Assembly (NCBI GenBank): GCA_963662465.1 | Contig: OY759599.1 | Coordinates: 1,696,001-1,760,000 of the forward strand | Source: Desulfatiglandales bacterium | GTDB lineage: Bacteria > Desulfobacterota > DSM-4660 > Desulfatiglandales > Desulfatiglandaceae | Length of the DNA stretch: 64,000 bases | Direction: 5' to 3' | Shown: positions 1 through 10,425 of the stretch, piece after piece | Position numbering within the stretch: the stretch's first letter is position 1 | Layout: each line of letters begins with the position of its first letter | Position numbers and translations under genes: made by a program | The notes under the pieces: generated by a model | Told to the model about the DNA's origin: nothing | Database searches by the model: none | What the model saw: only the letters and a program-made list of their open reading frames with translations

Positions 1-158
1 AATTCAAGTTGATGCGTCAGAACTCAAATGCCGGGTTGGATCATTTCAATCCCGGGCAGGAATGTCAATCGGGTGAATCCTGTATTTTTGAAAAAAAATG
101 GGCTTGAAACAACGAATCGCCCGAATAAAACGAATCGGTCGCGGCATGGTGGAAGGGT

Positions 159-782
159 TTATATCAGGCCATGGGCCGCGGCATAGCGCACCAGATCGGC
201 GGTGGTGTGGATGTTGAGCTTTTGCATGATATGGGTGCGGTGAGTGTCTACGGTCTTGATGCTGATGTGAAGGATTTTGGCAATTTTCTTGTTACTGAGG
301 CCCAATGAAATACTTTTCAGAATTTCCAGTTCCCGCGGCGTCAATCGGGATTTGTTTGCGTTGCCTGTTACGCCACCCGCGGACAACCGGGATGCAACCG
401 CCGGGCTCACATAGGTTTCCCCTTTTCCCACGGTCTTCAGGGCTGTCATCAATTCGTCAAAGGTGTTTTCCTTGAGGAGAAAACCGTTCGCCCCCGCTTC
501 CATGGCCTGTTGCAACAGGTCCGGGCCCGTGAGCATGGTCAACAGAAGAACCTTGACGGGCAGACGCTGTTCTTGAAGGACTTGCGCGATCTCCAGACCG
601 CCGGGGCCCGGCATGGAGATGTCGAGAATGGCCACGTCCGGCCGAATCGACTCGATGAGGCGCAGGGCCTCATGGCCGTCGCCCGCTTCCCCCGCCACCT
701 CGATCCCTTCCTGGGAATGAAGAAGGGCCGACAGGCTTTGCCGGAAAAGAGCATGATCGTCGGCAAGAACAATACGCATCAT
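159..782 (-). CDS. NarL/FixJ-family response regulator (REC + LuxR HTH)
   Basis: IVLADDH..PDVAILDISMP receiver motifs; LTPRELEIL..GLSNKKIA..ISIKTVDTHR LuxR HTH; overlaps the kinase stop by 4 bp. Confidence 0.93.
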   Translation of the reverse strand: MMRIVLADDHALFRQSLSALLHSQEGIEVAGEAGDGHEALRLIESIRPDVAILDISMPGPGGLEIAQVLQEQRLPVKVLLLTMLTGPDLLQQAMEAGANGFLLKENTFDELMTALKTVGKGETYVSPAVASRLSAGGVTGNANKSRLTPRELEILKSISLGLSNKKIAKILHISIKTVDTHRTHIMQKLNIHTTADLVRYAAAHGLI

Positions 783-2686
783 GGCATGGGGACCTCCACC
801 TCGATGGCACAGCCCTTTCCCTGGCCGCCCTGGATACGAAACCTCCCGCCCATCAGCTCGGCCCGCTCTTTCATGGAAAGAAGACCAATGCCCCTGGTTT
901 CGGAAGCCGGGTTGGCAGCGAATCCGATTCCGTCATCCTGAATGTTGAGGATCACGTGCTTTCCCTTCAGTTTCATATCAATTTCAACCCGCCGGGCTTC
1001 CGCATGCTTTTCCACATTGTGAAGGGCCTCCTGAACGATCCGGTATAAGTTTTCCCGAACCCGGGGGGTCATGATCGGTTCCCGGGGAACCGCCACGCTG
1101 ACCTCAATGCCGGTGCGCTCGGTAAACTGCGATGCATGCCATTTCAGGATGTCCGCCAGGAGGCTCCGCTCAAAGAATTCCGGCCGGATATCCGACACCA
1201 TGTGGCGAAGGTCCACAATGGCCCGGGATATCTCAGAGACGAGCCCTGCAAGAAGGGAAGGATCTGTCTTATCCCCCCTCCTGACCCTGGCCTCCAGCAT
1301 CTGGAGTTGCAGCTTGAGCATGGGAAGGAACTGACCCAGGCCGTCATGGATGCTCCGCGAAAGCCGTTTTCGTTCTTCCTCATGGGCTTCCAGAATACGT
1401 CCGGACAGGGATCTCACCGCCTGTACGTTGTGGGCATAGCGGGCCATGAGGGCATAGCTCATGGCCACCATCAGAAAGGCCATGCCCAGATCGCCGGGGG
1501 AAACGGGCCAGCTATGCCAGTGACCCCCGACAGGAGTCCATTCGACCATCATGCCCGCCACAAGTCCGAGTATTCCCACGAGCACGGGTCCGGACCCCTG
1601 CCTGTGACGAAGGAAGGCACGCACGGTCAGAAACAAGGCTGTTCCGCCTGTACAGGCAGCCACCACAAAAAAGACCGTCAGCAGACAGGCGTAGGTCTTC
1701 AGCCCCGGAAGCAAAAAAAATGCAATGCTCAGTATGACTGAAGCGGCCATCAGCATGGTGATCCACAGCCCCCGGGAATGCGGATAAAGGTTGACGACAA
1801 ATAACAGCCCGGCAGCGGGCAGAAGACAGGTCATGACGAAGATCGCGCGCTGCACCGGGGGCGATTTGAGTCCCGCGTTATACAGATACAGACTTTCCAG
1901 AACAAAAAGGGCCATATAGAGCCCCAGGAAAAGGGTAAAGGAGAGATAGTCCGGACTTCTGACCTTCTGAACCATGAGAAAAACGCAAACCAGCAAAAAA
2001 AAGAAAAAAGGGGTGAAAAGGGCGATTTCGCAGCCTTGGCGAATAAACTCCCGTTCCCGGCTTGAGAGGATCATGTCCTGGTAATTGCCCAGGTATACCG
2101 GCCCCTCGAAGATCCCGGCCATGCGGTAGGTATCCAGGATACGCACGGCCAGCAGATTGTCTTTTCCAAACCGCAAAAGCCCCGCTGGAACGGGATAAAC
2201 CCTTTCTTTCCATGGGGCCTCGACAAAATCCTCGCCAATGATGCCTTCGCCCCCGATTCGGACGCTGTTGAGATAAACCTCGTCCGCATTGCCGATATTG
2301 CCCAGGGCCAGCCCGACCGCCGCCTTTCGAAGGCGATCCTCCGGCCTGAAATGAATCCGATACCAGCCTATCCCTGGTTTTTGCTTGATTCCCTGTGCCT
2401 TGAGGTCTCCGGGGACCCGGACCTTTTTCCATGGGCTGTCGTCAAAGGATGGGGAGGCCCAGGCCGGATTATCGTCCGGAGAAAAGGCGTGGAGTCCTGA
2501 CAGCGTAAGGGATTCCAAGCCATGGGCAGGGAATGCGAGAAACAGGAGATACCAAAGGAGAGCGACAAGAGGATAAAGGGTATTTTTTAGCCCAGGGCCC
2601 TTGCATTGTTGACGGGCGGGTCCTGAACAAATAAATTGAGCACATTCTTTTGCGATTGAGGCTATGTGATGTGGAAAGAGGTTCAA
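779..2686 (-). CDS. Membrane sensor histidine kinase (sugar-binding jelly-roll-like periplasmic domain, multi-TM, HisKA_3, HATPase)
   Basis: EERKRLSRSIHDGLGQ H-box, EALHNVEKHA N-box, DDGIGF and GIGLLSMKERA G-boxes; N-terminal WKKVRVPG..GWYRIHF..DEVYLN resembles GH2 sugar-binding domains; true start is probably downstream of 2686. Confidence 0.88.
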   Translation of the reverse strand: MNLFPHHIASIAKECAQFICSGPARQQCKGPGLKNTLYPLVALLWYLLFLAFPAHGLESLTLSGLHAFSPDDNPAWASPSFDDSPWKKVRVPGDLKAQGIKQKPGIGWYRIHFRPEDRLRKAAVGLALGNIGNADEVYLNSVRIGGEGIIGEDFVEAPWKERVYPVPAGLLRFGKDNLLAVRILDTYRMAGIFEGPVYLGNYQDMILSSREREFIRQGCEIALFTPFFFFLLVCVFLMVQKVRSPDYLSFTLFLGLYMALFVLESLYLYNAGLKSPPVQRAIFVMTCLLPAAGLLFVVNLYPHSRGLWITMLMAASVILSIAFFLLPGLKTYACLLTVFFVVAACTGGTALFLTVRAFLRHRQGSGPVLVGILGLVAGMMVEWTPVGGHWHSWPVSPGDLGMAFLMVAMSYALMARYAHNVQAVRSLSGRILEAHEEERKRLSRSIHDGLGQFLPMLKLQLQMLEARVRRGDKTDPSLLAGLVSEISRAIVDLRHMVSDIRPEFFERSLLADILKWHASQFTERTGIEVSVAVPREPIMTPRVRENLYRIVQEALHNVEKHAEARRVEIDMKLKGKHVILNIQDDGIGFAANPASETRGIGLLSMKERAELMGGRFRIQGGQGKGCAIEVEVPMP

Positions 2687-2934
2687 TGTTCAATATAATG
2701 CGGAGCGGTTGCATTCTCCTGCGTTCTAAAAACAGTCTGCTGAATCCCGGTTGTGCAGGAAAACGCAACGCTATTTTTTTCCCACTCAAACCGCACGATG
2801 TAGCGCTCTTTCCGGCCACGGCCATCGAAAAATGTCGCAGTTGGCTTCAAAGGCCTTCTTGGTAAACACCATGTTATCCAAGGCCGGCTTCCAAGTCAAT
2901 GCACAACTATTGCGATTCCGGCAATTGCAATATT

Positions 2935-3092
2935 GAGCTGATGGATAATCCGAAACATGTCCCTGACCTCGTCAAGGAGATTTTGTCCGTATGTCTTTAT
3001 TTCAGCATCCGGAAGACCTACCAGAAATTTGATGTTTCGTATCAGGTGGGCAATGCAAAACTGGATCGAAACATTGAAGTCCTTCATAATGA
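2935..3092 (-). pseudogene. IS66-family transposase fragment
   Basis: IQFCIAHLIRNIKFL matches the IS66 QxCxAHxxR motif; short isolated piece. Confidence 0.55.
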
Positions 3093-3406
3093 TATGAAAG
3101 GGGGGATATATTAATGGAAAAGTCATCAGAGCAGGCTTGGCGACGATCTCGATTCCTTTGTGAAGAACATCATCGGATAGCATCACTATCGTATGTGAAC
3201 GCATTTCTGATAGAAAGAAGCCGGATTGCGATCCGACGCGTCCCAAAGTTTCCCCTCGATTTTAGTTGCTCCTGGACAGAGCGTATGAATTCGGCTGATA
3301 GTCTTGACCATCTCCCCCAAATATGGCATTCTGACGCAACTCAGGAAAACATAACCCTCATTTAAAATTCATTCGGTGCTTATCGAAATTTAGGCTGATT
3401 TAAATT

Positions 3407-3658
3407 CAATACCCGTGAATGAATTTGATTCATGCATTGTTTGGTTTACCATGAAGAACATGAAGGGCATGAAGAGGCTGGGTGAAAAAGTGAACCGGAT
3501 TTTCAAAACTCATAAAGATATTGAAATTAATATCATTTAATCCGATTTTATCTTTCCCTTATTAAGTTCTCAAAGTGAACTTCTTCATGGTCTTCATGCC
3601 CTTCATGGTGAAATACAGATCGGCCAAAAGGATGAACGTCATTCATTCACGGGTATTG
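3407..3658. mobile_element. 252-bp MITE with 18-bp perfect TIRs and a 10-bp target-site duplication
   Basis: CAATACCCGTGAATGAAT ... ATTCATTCACGGGTATTG, flanked by GATTTAAATT at 3397-3406 and 3659-3668; the paralogous locus at ~58021 has the empty site with one GATTTAAATT. Confidence 0.9.
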
Positions 3659-3721
3659 GATTTAAATTCCAATCACGGAATGAGATTTTGCGTGGTGGGG
3701 TGGTACGCATTGGGGATTGGG

Positions 3722-5464
3722 ATGGATGAGAAGGAATTAAGGGTGAAGAAAAACCAGAGAGAGTCCGAACTCAGGCGGAGCGCTGAAAAAAGGCTGAAAG
3801 AAGCGATCCGCGACAGCGGAGATCTCTCCGAAGTCCCGCCCGAAAGGATGACGAGCTTCATACACGAGCTTCGGGTTCATCAGATTGAGTTGAAAATGCA
3901 AAACGATGAGCTCCGCCACATTCAAGGGGAATTAGAAAAGGCGCGGGATCAATATTCTCATTTGTATGATTTCTCGCCGGTCGGCTATGTTACGTTGACG
4001 GAAAAGGGAATCATCCATGAGGCCAATCTCACCCTTGCTTCCATGTTTGGTGTAGAGCGGAGCGTCTTGGTTGGAAAGCCGTTCGCCCTTTTCGTTTTTA
4101 GAGACGACCAGGATGCTTTCTATAAATTTCGGCATCGCCTTCTGGAAACGGAGAAATCCCAGTCCTGCAAACTGCGCCTTTTGAAAAAGGACGAACATGT
4201 GTTTTTTGCCGGTTTAGACTGTATGGTTGTAAAAAACACGGACGACGATTTCAGGTTTATCAGAGGGGCAGTGAGCGATATCACCGAACGGCACCTTATC
4301 GCCGAGGCTTTGCGGGAAGTCCACAACGGGCTGGAACAGCGAGTGGAAGAACGGACAGCCGAACTCCGGACGGCGAATGCGGAACTGGCGCGGGAAGTCG
4401 AAGAACATCGAGGGTCAGCGGAATCCCTCCGCAAAGCCCTTTCTGAAATCAAGAAAATGAAAGACCACCTTGAAGCCGAAAATATTTACTTTCGACGAGA
4501 AATGAAAATAAAGCATCAATTCAATGAGATTCTCGGACAAAGCGATAGTCTCAGGCATGTTCTTTTTCGGGTGGAGCAGGTTGCTCCTCAGAACACGATA
4601 GTCCTTATCCTCGGCGAGACCGGTACGGGAAAGGAGTTGATCGCCGCCGCCATCCACAACATGAGTCCACGTAAGGATCGGGCGCTAATCACGGTCAACT
4701 GTGCCGCCCTGCCGGCCAATTTAATAGAAAGCGAATTGTTCGGCCGGGAGAAGGGGGCCTTTACCGGGGCCGATACCCGGCAGATAGGCCGGTTCGAGGT
4801 TGCCCAGGAATCCACCCTTTGCCTGGACGAGATCGGAGAAATGCCGCTGGAATTGCAGGCCAAGCTGCTTCGGGTGATCCAGCACAACGAGTTTGAGCGC
4901 CTGGGTTCCTCCCGTACCATCAAAGTCGATGTGAGGGTCATCGCAACAACCAATCGAAATCTTGAGGAAGAGATTCAAAAGGGCCGATTCCGGCAGGACC
5001 TTTACTATCGGCTCAATGTTTTCCCTATCACGGTACCGCCATTGCGGCAGCGGAAAGAAGACATCCCTTTGTTGGTCCATGCCTTCATAGAGCGCTATGC
5101 CAGAAAAATGGGGAAAAAGATCACATCGATCCGGAAGGGAATAATGAAGACTCTGCAGGATTACCCTTGGCCCGGGAACATCCGGGAGCTGGAAAGTATC
5201 ATTGAACGGGCAGTGATCTTGAGCCCCGGGCCGGTCTTGCACCTGGCGGATAAACTGGCGATTTCATCACCTCCCCTGTCATGAGACATGAGAACCCTGG
5301 AAGAGACGGAGCGAAACCAAATTCTCAACACCCTCCTGGAAACCCGGTGGCGCATCGAGGGAAAAAGCGGAGCCGCGGAGGTCCTGGGGCTCCACCCGAG
5401 TACCTTGAGAGCAAGGATGCATAAGCTTGGGATACTCCGGCCGGGGACCAAGGTGTCGGATTAA
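3722..5464 (+). pseudogene. PAS + sigma54-interacting AAA+ activator (FhlA/NtrC-like) with an in-frame TGA before the HTH
   Basis: [33 protein letters not shown] motifs; TGA at 5282-5284 where the paralogue has TCC; frame continues through the HTH ([20 protein letters not shown]) to TAA at 5464. Confidence 0.88.
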
Positions 5465-5488
5465 ACGGCCCCGCTATCTTCAAAAACT

Positions 5489-5524
5489 CCCTCAGCATGT
5501 TGAGGTTCCACTAAATATTGAGGG
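5489..5524 (+). promoter_or_regulatory. 36-bp palindromic enhancer-like repeat (copy 1; -24/-12 box missing)
   Basis: CCCTCAGCATGTTGAGGTTCCACTAAATATTGAGGG, 25 bp after the activator stop; AT-rich box at ~5570; no sigma54 box at the expected position (~5623). Confidence 0.8.
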
Positions 5525-5610
5525 CTAACCCGCCATTTCAACCTTCTCTACGCTTCTCTCTTATTCCTCTAATCCGCTGTTATTACAGACATATTAGACA
5601 TTCCTGAGCT

Positions 5611-5650
5611 TGGGCGCTAACCAAAATGGAACCAGTTTTGCTACTCCAAA
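5611..5650. mobile_element. Possible isolated IS21-type end
   Basis: Starts with TG and carries the repeated motif AAA(T/C)GGAACCAG twice; lies where the promoter module breaks off. Confidence 0.35.
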
Positions 5651-5869
5651 CGGAACCAGATATTGCGCACTGGTCTTTTCCTTTTAGAAGGGTTTTCTTG
5701 TAAATTTGTTAGAGGTTGCATGAAAGAGTATATCAGATGGTATTTTAAAAATGCTGGTGAGACACGTAGCGTTCTGGTTGAAGAATCAGTGATGAGGATA
5801 CCATCAATATGGTGATGGCAGAGAAGAGGGGATTAGATTTTTCGGTTAAGGGCAATGCTTATTGAGGAA

Positions 5870-6079
5870 CTATTTGTCTATGTCATAGTCGTCCGGTAAA
5901 TTCAGGAGGCCTCCCTTCGCCAATTGATCCTCAATCAAATATCCAATTTCCCCGTTTTTTTTCAGCTGTAGAATCATCCATTTGGGGAGACGAATGGTGA
6001 GCAGTTCACGTCTCAAATGTTCCGGTTTCTTTCTTCGGCCGGCGCCTACCCGTTTTCCACCTCTCATTTCAAGCTCCAA
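5870..6079 (-). CDS. Small hypothetical protein with RGGKRxGAGR motif (probable DNA-binding protein)
   Basis: MRGGKRVGAGRRKKP..LLTIRLP resembles small ribbon-helix-helix-type proteins. Confidence 0.55.
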   Translation of the reverse strand: MELEMRGGKRVGAGRRKKPEHLRRELLTIRLPKWMILQLKKNGEIGYLIEDQLAKGGLLNLPDDYDIDK

Positions 6080-6165
6080 GACAAGGTAATTTCTGATATT
6101 CGTGTAACGAGATTCAAACAGACCGGTGATATTCAGACCTCAAAACCGGCCCTTTGGCGAACATC

Positions 6166-6884
6166 TCATTTTCTGAGGGAAGGACCATCAATATGAATGT
6201 TGATGCAGCGATGGTTGAGACGATCCAGCAAGGCATCGACCATGTCCTTTGGTTCAAGCAGCGAATACCATTGTTCAGGTTGAAGATTGGTCGTAATAAT
6301 TGTGGACCGACCGGCTTCATAGCGATCTTTCATGAGTTTAAAAAAGGCGTTCATCTGCTCTTTTTTGAGGGTCAGGTATCCCAGTTCATCGAGCAGAAGC
6401 AGGTCATATCTGCAAAGGGCATTGAGGAGTTTCGGGGTGGACCGATCTGCCAAAGACGCATAGAGCTGATCCAGCAAATCCTGAACATTATAAAAACGCC
6501 CCCGGTACCCGGCAATAATGGCTTGACGAAGGATCCCCACGGCCAATCCCGTTTTGCCGACGCCGGTTTTTCCATGGAACACGATGTTTTCTCTTCGGCT
6601 GATAAAGTCAAGGCCGGACAACGTCATGATCCGGCTCTTCTGTATTCCCGGCTGAAGATCAAACGGAAAGGAGTTGAGGGTCCATTCCCATGGAAGCTTT
6701 GCAATCTGGACCCGATAGATCATGCTGCGCTCCTGCCGGAAACGTAATTCCTCAGCCAGGAGATTGTAGATGACCTCGTGAATGGAAAAACCGTTCTTTT
6801 CAGCCGAAGCCAACTGTTCTTCGAGAGCCTTCAGCATGCCTTTAAACTTCAAATCAATGAGTAACTGTTCAATTTTTTTTTCAT
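6166..6884 (-). pseudogene. istB: IS21-family helper ATPase IstB, start interrupted by another IS; probable IS21 end at ~6103
   Basis: GKTGVGKT Walker A, LLLLDELGY Walker B, STIITTN, ALLDRLNH..GPSLR; foreign IS end CAGAGTTC begins at 6885; TGT plus repeated ACCGG motifs at 6103-6150. Confidence 0.88.
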
Positions 6885-7546
6885 CAGAGTTCGGGAAGAA
6901 TCCCCCTGTATTGGCGTAACTATCTGAAATTATTAGACGTGAACTTCTCAAGTGAACGTGTGCTTTTCAAAATCAGATATTTATAAACAACTGAAATATT
7001 TAATGAAAATTTCTGAAGTTTTCGCTTGCAAAATAAAACATTTTTTGCAACTATCTATCCCATGGAAATCAGCACCAAAAGCGAAAATTTCGGAAATTTT
7101 TTTACTCTCTGCTCTCCCGATGACAGAAATCGGAAGATCAAGTATGTTTTTATTGATCGCAGGCCTGTTATCCATTTCGATATCGATAGTGCCGCCGAGC
7201 GAAAAATTGCCGTAGTTCAGCTTGTTGAACGTGGCATCTGCAACATAAAGACCGCCGGCGAATTGTGCGGATTCCATCGTAACACAGCCGGTAAGATTAT
7301 CCAAACCAAGAGGATCCTTGGGCTAGAGGCCATGCTTTTAGATGACCGCGGTTTGAAGGAGCCTTACAAATACATTGGCCAAGTATGTTCCCATATTGAA
7401 AAACTTCTTTTGGAGCATCCTGAATGGAAAGATCAGGATATCGCTGAACAGGCCGGCAAGAATCTCGACATGGAAATTTCCCGCAGCGCTGTCGCCAGGA
7501 TTCGCGTTGGGGAAGAAAAGAAACCCTCGTTGCCAACCAACTTATC
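6885..7546 (+). mobile_element. Left end and 5' part (ATG 7062) of unclassified transposase, divergent copy
   Basis: End CAGAGTTCGGGAAGAAT resembles those at 13653 and 20650; AVVQLVERG..AGELCGFHRNT..ISRSAVARIR is homologous to ORFs at 12347-13477 and 20827. Confidence 0.75.
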
Positions 7547-7848
7547 GTTCGCGTTTTAAATTTGCACTTCGATTAATTTCGAAATCTGGTAGCGGGTACC
7601 TCTCTTGGCAGGGGGAAAAGCTATTTCCGGAAAGCCTACCAGGAGTCTTTTTGAGCAACATGCATCCATGGGTTAGTAAAGCCTGAAAAATAACACACGT
7701 CGAATATTGGAACAACACAATAGGGCAGAAAATGGAATGGATTGTGCGTAAAACACCATCGTTCCATATCTCCAACAATGATATGAATTGTCGTAAAATC
7801 TGTATTTCAATTGTGACAACCTATAAGGGCTATGACGATAACATTCTA

Positions 7849-8160
7849 CTATTGCATAACTTCTAAATTATCGTATATAGAAGCGCTAAGTCCAAAGTGT
7901 TTTAGAATTTCACGTTGCAATTGAGAAAGCGGGGTTAGATGTCTTATCACACTATCTCCTGTTTCAATTATCGTTAATGTAATTTTGCTGAAAGCATTTA
8001 ATAGTTTCTCACACGTTGGATTGCTCGTAGCTTTCTTGGGATTTCCCAGGTGCAATCCAACAAGCTTTTCGTCACTTCTTGCTAATGAGCGGCGAACAAC
8101 AAATTCAACCAGAGTAATTACCCTGACTCCTATCATCAGAAGATGCGTTATTCCTTTAAC
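7849..8160 (-). pseudogene. IS1634-family transposase C-terminal fragment
   Basis: LVEFVVRRSL..GLHLGNPKKATSNPT..LLNAF..LTPLSQLQREIL..GL..IY resembles the IS1634 C-terminus. Confidence 0.7.
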
Positions 8161-8226
8161 TTGAAAGCATAGGAATTTCCATTTTTGATTTGGCATATCA
8201 AATAGTTGTTGCAGTGATGGCATTAA

Positions 8227-9561
8227 ATGTGTCAAAAAAAGCACATTATGCATATGCCATCAAACCAAAAAATTGATAAGGAGACTTTCCGGACGATTTT
8301 TATTGATCATTGGGAATCATTCAAAGAGCATCATCCAGGGTATGATAATTCGCAATATGAAGATCCGGTTCAGAAAATGCTTGGTTGCGGCAAGGAAAGC
8401 GCCGGATATAGCGAGCACCGGTGTGTTTATTGCGGTGGTGATGTTCGCCGGATAGGTTTTAGTTGCAAGAGCTGTTTTTGTTTATCCTGCGCCAAGAAAT
8501 ATGTTGACGATTTTGTCAGTCAAGTGAGTAGGGTGCTTCATGGGGGCATGAATTACCGTCACATTGTTTTGACAATTCCCGAGCAACTGAGAATCGTTTT
8601 TTATAAGGCTCGAAATGATGGACGTTTGTTATCGGCTTTTATGAGATGCGGGTACGAATGTTTGGAGGATGTTGTCGGAACGGTTCTTCGGCGGAAACTG
8701 AAAATAGGAACGATCGTCGTTGTTCAAACGCATGGTCGATCCGGTCATTATAATCCGCATTTGCATATCATCATGACAAGCGGTGGGATAAATGAAGATC
8801 TGTGCGGTTGGTTTGATTTAAGGTTCTTCAAGTATGAGATTATACATAAGAAATGGCAGTATCATCTATTCAGAATGCTCAAGTCCCATTTTAACAGCAG
8901 TGCGGTCGATAAACTTATTGATGAGCTGTGGAAAAAATACCCTAAAGGTTTGGTAGCCAATGTGAGCAAGGGTAATGTTCCTGAGACATGTGGGGGTCTG
9001 GCGCGATATTTGGCGAAATATGTTGCATCTCCTCCGATAGCTCTGAGACGGATAATCAGTTATGATGGCCAATATGTTACCTATTGGTACAATGATCACA
9101 TGACAAAATCCAGGAAGGTTGAAACCGTGGAAGTGGATGTTTTTATCGGTCGAATGGTTCAACACATAATGCCCAAAGGGTTCCAGCGGGTTCGTTATTA
9201 TGGGCTACAGGCTACGAAAACTTTTAAGAAATGGTCGGAAGTAATACGGAAAGGGATGAAGGCTTTGGGGCGTGGGATTAAAGGAACGTATCAAGTCGTA
9301 AAAGCGAAAAGATATCGAGAACGTTATAAGGAGATCAGCTCTCAAGATCCTTTTTTGTGTCGTTATTGTGGCCATGAAATGGTGCTATGGAAGATATGGC
9401 ATCCAAAATATGGAGTTTTATATGACGAATATGAAAACATCAAAAACGACAGGTACGGCACGGTTACAGGACAAAATGACAGCGGGGGTGGAAGGCGAGG
9501 ACTTCCCGTTCGGCCCTCCTCCGGAGGAATATCCTTACCGTTGTTCCCATTGCCGGCATGA
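8227..9561 (+). CDS. IS91-family rolling-circle (Y2/HUH) transposase; element ~8164-9720
   Basis: N-terminal Zn motif (C..CVYC..SCKSCFCLSC), RHIVLTIP, YNPHLHII HUH, RYLAKYV, HIMPKGFQRVRYYG; hairpin GCGCGTTAGCGCGC followed by GTTC at 9721 (IS91-type target tetramer). Confidence 0.9.
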   Translation: MCQKKHIMHMPSNQKIDKETFRTIFIDHWESFKEHHPGYDNSQYEDPVQKMLGCGKESAGYSEHRCVYCGGDVRRIGFSCKSCFCLSCAKKYVDDFVSQVSRVLHGGMNYRHIVLTIPEQLRIVFYKARNDGRLLSAFMRCGYECLEDVVGTVLRRKLKIGTIVVVQTHGRSGHYNPHLHIIMTSGGINEDLCGWFDLRFFKYEIIHKKWQYHLFRMLKSHFNSSAVDKLIDELWKKYPKGLVANVSKGNVPETCGGLARYLAKYVASPPIALRRIISYDGQYVTYWYNDHMTKSRKVETVEVDVFIGRMVQHIMPKGFQRVRYYGLQATKTFKKWSEVIRKGMKALGRGIKGTYQVVKAKRYRERYKEISSQDPFLCRYCGHEMVLWKIWHPKYGVLYDEYENIKNDRYGTVTGQNDSGGGRRGLPVRPSSGGISLPLFPLPA

Positions 9562-9712
9562 AATGAAGGTAAATGAAGCGATAATAGACGTCGAGATTGC
9601 AAAAGCAGAATATGAAGGAAGGAATGTGGAAGGCTTTATGCCCATTCTCGGTTGCCCTCAGTGCAATCGAGAAACAATGAAATATGCGCAAGGTAGAAAG
9701 CCCGCGCGTTAG
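9476..9712 (+). CDS. Small zinc-ribbon-like protein (2x CxxC) inside the IS91-like element
   Basis: CSHC and CPQC pairs; AGGA upstream of ATG 9476; overlaps the transposase 3' end. Confidence 0.5.
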   Translation: MTAGVEGEDFPFGPPPEEYPYRCSHCRHEMKVNEAIIDVEIAKAEYEGRNVEGFMPILGCPQCNRETMKYAQGRKPAR

Positions 9713-9720
9713 CGCGCTAA

Positions 9721-10425
9721 GTTCACCACACCGCGACCGTGACTTCTTTTCTTCAGTTCAGCCACATACTCATCCAGGATGGCATCCTCTCCCGTCAACA
9801 GCTGTTCTTCTTTTGAAGGGATTCGGGGATCTTTTTTTCTTCGAATGGGAACATGGTGACCGGGCAGGGTTGTTCGGGTGTTGCGTTTATCCAGTATGCG
9901 GTCATGTTCCGCCACTTTTGTGTTTTTGTCGTAAACGATGACCTTGAGCCAATGTTTCTGTACTTCCAGGGAGTTCCCAATCAGCGCTTCAGGGACTGAA
10001 TAGCGGTTGGTGTCCAAGTGCACATATCCCTGAACATCGGCTACCCTGTGTTCTGCCACATAGACTGGCGGCTGGTATGCCGGTAAATCAATGAGATATG
10101 GCTTTTCAATGACATAGGCCTCATCCGGCGTCATCCCTAAAGCCCGTTTAAACTTTTTATCGCTTGTATTCCGGCACCAGTCGATTGCCTGCCGGTTCAA
10201 ATCCTGCCAGCTAACAAATGTTCTACCGGGAAGAAAATTGTTTTCCACAAAATGAAAAGGCCTTTCCACACGGGCACTTCGATTGGCGTCTCCTACAGCA
10301 TGGGCCTCAAACCGGGTTCCATACATATCGCCGAAGTATTTCATTTCAGGCGCAATCAATGCATCAGGCCCGGTGCCGCCGGCCACAATAACATTGGTGT
10401 TGTCAACCATGCACCGGGAACACAC
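9721..10425 (-). pseudogene. istA: IS21-family transposase IstA internal fragment
   Basis: CMVDN..RSARVERPFHFVENNFLPGRTF..NRYSVP; cut by ISAs1 on one side and IS91 on the other. Confidence 0.85.

Noticed and set aside
3575..3721. Upstream extension of the activator ORF
   Set aside because: Starts inside the MITE; the paralogue supports a start near 3722
5282..5284. TGA as selenocysteine
   Set aside because: Aligns to a linker Ser, not a Cys; no SECIS that I can support
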